Virus record (IMG/VR): IMGVR_UViG_3300003375_000101 | Coordinates: 1 to 29,124 of that record | Length of the DNA: 29,124 nucleotides | DNA from: a virus | Taxonomy: Duplodnaviria; Caudoviricetes | Direction: 5' to 3' (one strand) | Shown: positions 24,082-29,124 of the stretch, piece by piece | Layout: each line of letters opens with the position of its first letter | How positions within the stretch are numbered: the first letter of the stretch is position 1 | Notes under the pieces: model-generated | Databases searched by the model: none | What the model was told of the DNA's origin: nothing | What the model saw: the letters and a program-made list of their open reading frames with translations, nothing else | Translations under genes and position numbers: made by a program

Positions 24082-25010
24082 TGACAACTACTGGCATGAC
24101 AGCTTTTAACTTGGACATGAATGACCTCATTGAGGAGGCATTTGAGCGCTGTGGAAAAGAGTTGCGTACTGGTTATGACTTTCGTACTGCGCGCCGTAGC
24201 GTTAACTTGTTAACCATAGAATGGGCTAATAGAGGTATCAATCTATGGACTATAGAACAGTGTTCTATCCCTTTAGTTACTGGGCAGGGTGTTTATCCTA
24301 TACCATCAGATACAATTGACATTTTAGATCAGGTAATTAGAACCAATAATGGCGTACAAAGTACTCAAATTGACATTAATATTAGTCGTATTTCTGAGTC
24401 CACTTATTCTACCTTACCTAATAAACTGACCCAAGGTCGTCCAATTCAGGTATGGATTAACCGTCAATCGGGCAATACCAACCCTACTACAGCGGTTTTA
24501 GGGGCTGCTATTAGCTCTACAGACACTACAATTACAGTGGTAAATATTGATCAACTAGCCTCAACCGGGTATATTCAGGTCGATAATGAGGTCATCTACT
24601 ACGCCAATACTAGCGGGAATACCCTTATAAACGTATTCCGTGGTCAAAATGGTACAACGGCTACATCACATTTAATAGGAGCCGCTATATCGGTTCCTAT
24701 GCTTCCGTCTATTAATGTATGGCCTACACCTAATTCACCTGGAGACCAATATACCTTCGTATACTGGCGTATGCGCCGTATACAGGACGCTGGCACTGGT
24801 ATTAGTACCACAGATATCCCTTTCCGTTTTATCCCCGTCATGGTGGCTGGATTGGCTTACTATCTAGGTCAAAAGCTAGCGGATGTAGATCCTAACCGGA
24901 TAATGATGTTAAAAGCAGATTATGAGCAACAATGGGATTTAGCTTCTTCGGAGGATCGTGAGAAAGCCCCAAGTCGTTTTGTCCCAAGAAACATGAATTA
25001 CTATAGATAA
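24081..25010 (+). CDS. probable head-tail adaptor / tail tubular protein with inserted beta-domain
   Basis: IEEAFERCG...ARRS.N...WANRG.N N-terminus. VWPTP and P.RF...GLAYY C-terminus. Product inferred from position and motif pattern. Confidence 0.65.
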   Translation: MTTTGMTAFNLDMNDLIEEAFERCGKELRTGYDFRTARRSVNLLTIEWANRGINLWTIEQCSIPLVTGQGVYPIPSDTIDILDQVIRTNNGVQSTQIDINISRISESTYSTLPNKLTQGRPIQVWINRQSGNTNPTTAVLGAAISSTDTTITVVNIDQLASTGYIQVDNEVIYYANTSGNTLINVFRGQNGTTATSHLIGAAISVPMLPSINVWPTPNSPGDQYTFVYWRMRRIQDAGTGISTTDIPFRFIPVMVAGLAYYLGQKLADVDPNRIMMLKADYEQQWDLASSEDREKAPSRFVPRNMNYYR

Positions 25011-25012
25011 AC

Positions 25013-25441
25013 ATGTCAAGTAAGTATGCTTCAGCTAAACACTCCATTGCCGAATGTGATCGTTGTGGTCAGAGGTATAAGCTTGTAGAATTAAAGAAAC
25101 AGACGTTAAAAACAAAGTTATATAATGTCAAGGTTTGTCCAGAATGCTGGGATCCAGATCAGCCTCAATTAATGTTGGGGATGTATCCAGTAGATGATCC
25201 ACAGGCAGTACGTGAACCTAGACCTGATATAAGCTACTTAGTTTCTGGAAATAGCGGATTGCAAATTACTAATACAAATAGTACTTCGCAAGATGCATTT
25301 GGAGTACCAAGTGGTGGTAGTAGGGTGTTTCAGTGGGGTTGGAATCCTGTAGGTGGATCCAGTTCTTTTGATGCTTCTCTAACACCCAACAATTTGTTTT
25401 TAGGCGTTCAAATTGGAACAGTAACAGTTGCAACAACTTAG
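25013..25441 (+). CDS. Zn-ribbon-containing neck-region protein (CDRC...CPEC)
   Basis: ORF track. Two CxxC pairs and DPQA...PRPD. Confidence 0.72.
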   Translation: MSSKYASAKHSIAECDRCGQRYKLVELKKQTLKTKLYNVKVCPECWDPDQPQLMLGMYPVDDPQAVREPRPDISYLVSGNSGLQITNTNSTSQDAFGVPSGGSRVFQWGWNPVGGSSSFDASLTPNNLFLGVQIGTVTVATT

Positions 25442-25450
25442 GAGTTAAAA

Positions 25451-25648
25451 ATGACATTTCGTAAAGCTGCCGATGGTATAACCCAATCAGGCAAAACAAA
25501 AGGTAAAAACTTAGGCGATTCAGGCCCAAGTATTGGTATTGAAGCTGGCGGTAAAAAATCGTTAGGCGTTTCAAGCAAATCAATGAAGGCTCTTGGTCGC
25601 AACTTAGCTCGTGCTGCGCATCAAAAATCTGGAAGCAGAGGACGTTAA
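25451..25648 (+). CDS. small basic protein (ADGI...GKTKGKNLGDSGP)
   Basis: AGGAG RBS. Motifs shared with 23030-23590. Confidence 0.75.
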   Translation: MTFRKAADGITQSGKTKGKNLGDSGPSIGIEAGGKKSLGVSSKSMKALGRNLARAAHQKSGSRGR

Positions 25649-25650
25649 TC

Positions 25651-25995
25651 ATGTCTAATAAAACATTTAAAACTACACCCGCTGAAGATTATCCATTGGG
25701 TCACGCTAAAGAAGCTAAAAATGCTAGCGTATACACTGGATTTCAATATCCTACTGGCGGTGGCAATGATATCAATATCTACAAGCAGCCAATGACAAAC
25801 CCAAAAAGCGCTGATATTGAGTACAAAACTAATCCAAACACAATGAGTGGTGTTGAGACTAGAGTTACTCAACCAGCACGTACAGTCAGCATTGGCGATA
25901 GCGCTAATAAAAATACTAACCCTTATGGTGTTGGTGAGATGCGCGGTTATGGCGCTGCTACTAAAGGTCGTAAAACCAGTGGGAAAATGGGTTAA
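25651..25995 (+). CDS. hypothetical protein ending in MRGYGAATKG
   Basis: ORF track. GAGG RBS. Confidence 0.72.
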   Translation: MSNKTFKTTPAEDYPLGHAKEAKNASVYTGFQYPTGGGNDINIYKQPMTNPKSADIEYKTNPNTMSGVETRVTQPARTVSIGDSANKNTNPYGVGEMRGYGAATKGRKTSGKMG

Positions 25996-26933
25996 TGAAT
26001 TATTATCAGCTTGTTTCTGCAGTTCAAGACTACACGGAAAACCAGTTTCCGCTGACCTATCTCGCCGATGGGTCTACTGTATCGTCCGCACAGCAGATTA
26101 ATCGTTTTATTGAGCAAGCTGAATTACGTATTTTTAATACAGTTCAAATCCCATCTTTACGAAAAAATGTGACTGGAACAGTAAGTCCTAATAGTCCTTA
26201 CCTAGCTTGTCCAGATGATTTCTTGTCATCTTTTTCTTTGGCGGTCATTGACCCTACTTTAGGCACATATGAGTACCTTTTGGATAAAGATGTAAGCTTT
26301 ATTAGACAGGCATACCCAGCACCAAATAGTCTAGGAACACCGAAATATTATGCGTTATTTGGCTCTAGATATGCTAATAACAATGAGTTAGCGTTTATTC
26401 TTGGGCCGACTCCAGACGTAAATTATGCAATGGAACTGCATTATTACTACTATCCAGTATCTATTGTCCAGCGTCCTATAGGCTCTTTGGGTACTATTGT
26501 TCCAGGATCTGGCTATGTTGATGGTACTTATACCAATTTAAGCACTACTGGCGGTTCTGGAGAGGGAGCGCTTATCAATGTAACAGTAGCAAGCGGTATC
26601 GTAACTTCTGCAACAGTTTCATACGGCGGCTCAGGATATACGGTTGGCGATAGCATTACAGCAACAATTGGATCTAGCGGATCGGGCTTTACAGTAGCAG
26701 TTAGCTCGGTTAATAATCCAACAGGAACTTCATGGTTAGGTGATAATTTTGATACTGTTTTGCTTTACGGATCATTGGTAGAAGCGTACACTTACATGAA
26801 AGGTGAAAACGACATGATGGTTCTGTATAGTCAAAAATACACAGAAGCATTGGCTCAATTAAAACGTCTTGGCGATGGTTTAGAACGACAAGATTCATAC
26901 AGATCTGGGCAAGTTAGGGTACAGGTAACTTAA
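25995..26933 (+). CDS. probable tail adaptor/tubular protein with Gly-rich insert
   Basis: FI.QAE.RI, G.PKYYA, LGPTPD..Y, LLYGSLVEAY motifs. Product inferred. Confidence 0.65.
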   Translation: MNYYQLVSAVQDYTENQFPLTYLADGSTVSSAQQINRFIEQAELRIFNTVQIPSLRKNVTGTVSPNSPYLACPDDFLSSFSLAVIDPTLGTYEYLLDKDVSFIRQAYPAPNSLGTPKYYALFGSRYANNNELAFILGPTPDVNYAMELHYYYYPVSIVQRPIGSLGTIVPGSGYVDGTYTNLSTTGGSGEGALINVTVASGIVTSATVSYGGSGYTVGDSITATIGSSGSGFTVAVSSVNNPTGTSWLGDNFDTVLLYGSLVEAYTYMKGENDMMVLYSQKYTEALAQLKRLGDGLERQDSYRSGQVRVQVT

Positions 26934-26934
26934 T

Positions 26935-27378
26935 ATGGCATTTACAGGTAATTACGCATGTGATGTTTTTAAAGTAGGTCTCATGGATGGGGTCTACAAT
27001 TTTGGCACTGGCACATCCCAAACTTTTAAAATTGCTTTGTATACAAACTCAGCAACACTTAATGCTAGCACTACTGCATATACAGCAACTGGCGAAACAA
27101 GTGGCTCAGGGTACACTGCTGGCGGACAAGCATTAACTATTATTGTTCCTCCAACTGTAGGTGGATCTGGAGATATAGCTTATTTATCTTTTGCTGACGA
27201 AGTATGGACAGCATCAACAATTACTGCTCGTGGCGCTTTGATTTATTTAGCCAACGGCACAACGAATCCCGCTGTTTGTGTACTGGACTTTGGTTCAGAT
27301 AAAAGCACAGCTGGCGGTAACTTTACGGTACAGTTCCCATCTGCTACCAATACTTCTGCAATTATCCGAATTTCTTAA
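26935..27378 (+). CDS. virion tail-associated protein (FKIALYT...GYTAGG...VLDFG)
   Basis: ORF track. Typical tail-module motif pattern. Confidence 0.7.
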   Translation: MAFTGNYACDVFKVGLMDGVYNFGTGTSQTFKIALYTNSATLNASTTAYTATGETSGSGYTAGGQALTIIVPPTVGGSGDIAYLSFADEVWTASTITARGALIYLANGTTNPAVCVLDFGSDKSTAGGNFTVQFPSATNTSAIIRIS

Positions 27379-27387
27379 GGAGAAATT

Positions 27388-27945
27388 ATGTTTTCTGAAA
27401 ACGCAAAAGCAACTGAGATGGCGAATGCCTCTTTGATTGCACAAACAGGAACGCTTGAAGGCGTTGCTGCTACAGGTATCTATACTGTTGAATGTATAGA
27501 TGCTGATGGTAATACTAAATGGTCTGACATTATCAAAAACTTGGTAATGACTGGCGGTAAAAATGATATGCTAGACAAGTACTTTGCTGGCTCTGCATAC
27601 ACAGCCGCTTGGTATCTTGGCTTGGTTAACGGTGCTTCTAGCCCAACATATGCTGCTGGTGACACAATGGCTAGTCATGCTGGTTGGACTGAGTTTACAT
27701 CGTATAGCAATGCTACACGCCCAGCACCATCTTGGTCTGCTGCTTCTAGTGGCTCTAAAGCTACTACAGCAACTGCATTTAACATTAATGGTTCTGGCAC
27801 TGTTGCTGGTGCATTTATGACTACTGGTAGTGCTATTAGCGGCACTACAGGTATTTTGTACTCTGCTGGTAACTTTACTGGCGGTAATCGTACTGTTGCT
27901 TCTGGCGATACATTGAATGTAACTTACACAGCAACATTGACCTAA
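27388..27945 (+). CDS. virion tail-associated protein
   Basis: AGGAG RBS. NLV...GK, and GDTLNVTY at the C-terminus. Confidence 0.7.
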   Translation: MFSENAKATEMANASLIAQTGTLEGVAATGIYTVECIDADGNTKWSDIIKNLVMTGGKNDMLDKYFAGSAYTAAWYLGLVNGASSPTYAAGDTMASHAGWTEFTSYSNATRPAPSWSAASSGSKATTATAFNINGSGTVAGAFMTTGSAISGTTGILYSAGNFTGGNRTVASGDTLNVTYTATLT

Positions 27946-27958
27946 GTAGGGGCTTCAT

Positions 27959-29041
27959 ATGGCCTTAGTATTATCTGATCGCGTCCAAGAGACTACCACT
28001 AGTCCTGGTACTGGCAGTGCTACGCTTAACGGCGCAGTTACTGGGTATCAGGCATTTTCTGCCACCATGTCAAATTCTGATACGTGTTATTACACTATTG
28101 CAGATCAAGGTGGCGCAAACTGGGAAGTTGGTATTGGCACTTATGCTTCAAGTGGCAACCAATTGCAACGTACTACGGTGCTTTCCTCAAGTAATGGTGG
28201 TTCTCTTACTAACTTCAGCTCTGGTACACAGGCAATATTTATTACCTACCCAGCAGAAAAGTCTGTTAATTTAAACGGTAACGGTAATGTAAGCGCATTA
28301 GGAAATGTTAGTTCAGGTACATGGCAAGGCACAACTGTTGCGGTATTGTATGGCGGTACAGGGGTAACGACTTCTACGGGAACTGGGTCTGTTGTCCTTA
28401 ATACATCGCCTACATTAGTAACTCCAGCTTTAGGAACTCCATCATCTGGTACATTAACCAATGCAACTGGACTGCCTTTAACTACTGGTGTCAGCGGAGT
28501 ATTGCCTACAGTTAACGGCGGTACTAATTTAAGTTCATTTACTTTAAATGGTGCTTTATATGCAACATCCACTTCTGCTCTTGCTACCGGTACTTTGCCT
28601 GTTGCTAGCGGTGGTTCTGGTGTAACTACTTCTACTGGTACTACAAATCTTGTTTTAAGTAACGGCCCAACTTTAGTAACTCCAGCTTTAGGTGCTGCAA
28701 CAGCAACGTCTATTGTTGCAAGTAACGGATTCTACTCAACCAGTACATATGGTGGTTCATTTACTGATGGCGTTGTAGTTGACTACGATGGCGGAACAGG
28801 AAATGCTCGATTCAGCGCTGGAACATCGGATAATATTACATTCTATAATGGTGGCGTTGGTGTAACACCGCTATTTAAACTTTATGCAAACGGTTCTGTT
28901 GGAGTAGGTAGCACACCTAGTCCTGGATCTTCGGGGCAAGTATTAACATCAGCTGGCTCTGGATCCCCTCCGACATGGTCTACACCAAGCGGAACTTCTA
29001 AAGCAGCAGCTATCGCATACGCAATGACGCTGGGCTTTTGA
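27959..29041 (+). CDS. tail fiber-like protein
   Basis: DRV.ETTT..GTG...WEVG.GTY N-terminal domain. [13 protein letters not shown] repeats and GQVLTS.G...P.W. Confidence 0.75.
   Translation: MALVLSDRVQETTTSPGTGSATLNGAVTGYQAFSATMSNSDTCYYTIADQGGANWEVGIGTYASSGNQLQRTTVLSSSNGGSLTNFSSGTQAIFITYPAEKSVNLNGNGNVSALGNVSSGTWQGTTVAVLYGGTGVTTSTGTGSVVLNTSPTLVTPALGTPSSGTLTNATGLPLTTGVSGVLPTVNGGTNLSSFTLNGALYATSTSALATGTLPVASGGSGVTTSTGTTNLVLSNGPTLVTPALGAATATSIVASNGFYSTSTYGGSFTDGVVVDYDGGTGNARFSAGTSDNITFYNGGVGVTPLFKLYANGSVGVGSTPSPGSSGQVLTSAGSGSPPTWSTPSGTSKAAAIAYAMTLGF
28415..28692 (+). repeat. 20-bp exact direct repeat in the fiber gene (28415-28434, 28673-28692)
   Basis: ttagtaactccagctttagg twice, encoding LVTPALG. 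Confidence 0.85.
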
Positions 29042-29124
29042 TGATGATTACTCAAAAAATGCTCCATGAAATTTTTGATTACCGTGAAGATGGTAATTTA
29101 ATTCGTAAAGATACTGGTGCTATT
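29041..29124 (+). CDS. N-terminus of a probable second HNH endonuclease (truncated by the window)
   Basis: [23 protein letters not shown] resembles LITKEKLHELFEYRDGLLYKK of 6859-7335. TGATG coupling. Confidence 0.65.
   Translation, partial: MMITQKMLHEIFDYREDGNLIRKDTGAI

Noticed and set aside
13443-29067. Numerous antisense or alternate-frame ORFs within structural genes
   Set aside because: These are shadows of well-supported + strand genes, without RBS or recognisable motifs.
1-29124. Stop-codon recoding, introns/inteins or a diversity-generating retroelement
   Set aside because: Core genes are intact under the standard code with all three stops used and have ordinary lengths. No reverse transcriptase or adenine-specific TR/VR pair was seen.

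Overview
A 29 kb segment of a dsDNA tailed bacteriophage genome, roughly 40% GC by eye. It has a P22-like portal and short-tail-type structural genes, with no tape measure gene in the window. The host is probably a beta- or gamma-proteobacterium, inferred from canonical LexA and IHF boxes and a PhaR-like box. Layout: (i) 1-1483, leftward small hypothetical genes; (ii) 1557-6869, a rightward replication/recombination block (RusA, ParB-like protein, SF2 helicase, Toprim primase) interrupted by a ~1.2 kb mostly non-coding tract; (iii) 6859-11483, a leftward early-type operon of small, often acidic genes ending in an HNH-AP2 endonuclease; (iv) 11953-29124, rightward packaging and morphogenesis genes. 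The most unusual signals are non-coding. These are a ~650 bp array of about 20 mostly different operator-like palindromes (1907-2551, a candidate transcription-factor decoy array), a C4-like antisense RNA and a second large structured RNA (2750-3095), an intact type I hammerhead ribozyme (11231-11282), SOS boxes near a stand-alone LexA-like DNA-binding gene, paired IHF sites after terS, and a double-pseudoknot leader after the capsid gene. All calls come from reading the sequence by eye; no searches or folding programs were run.
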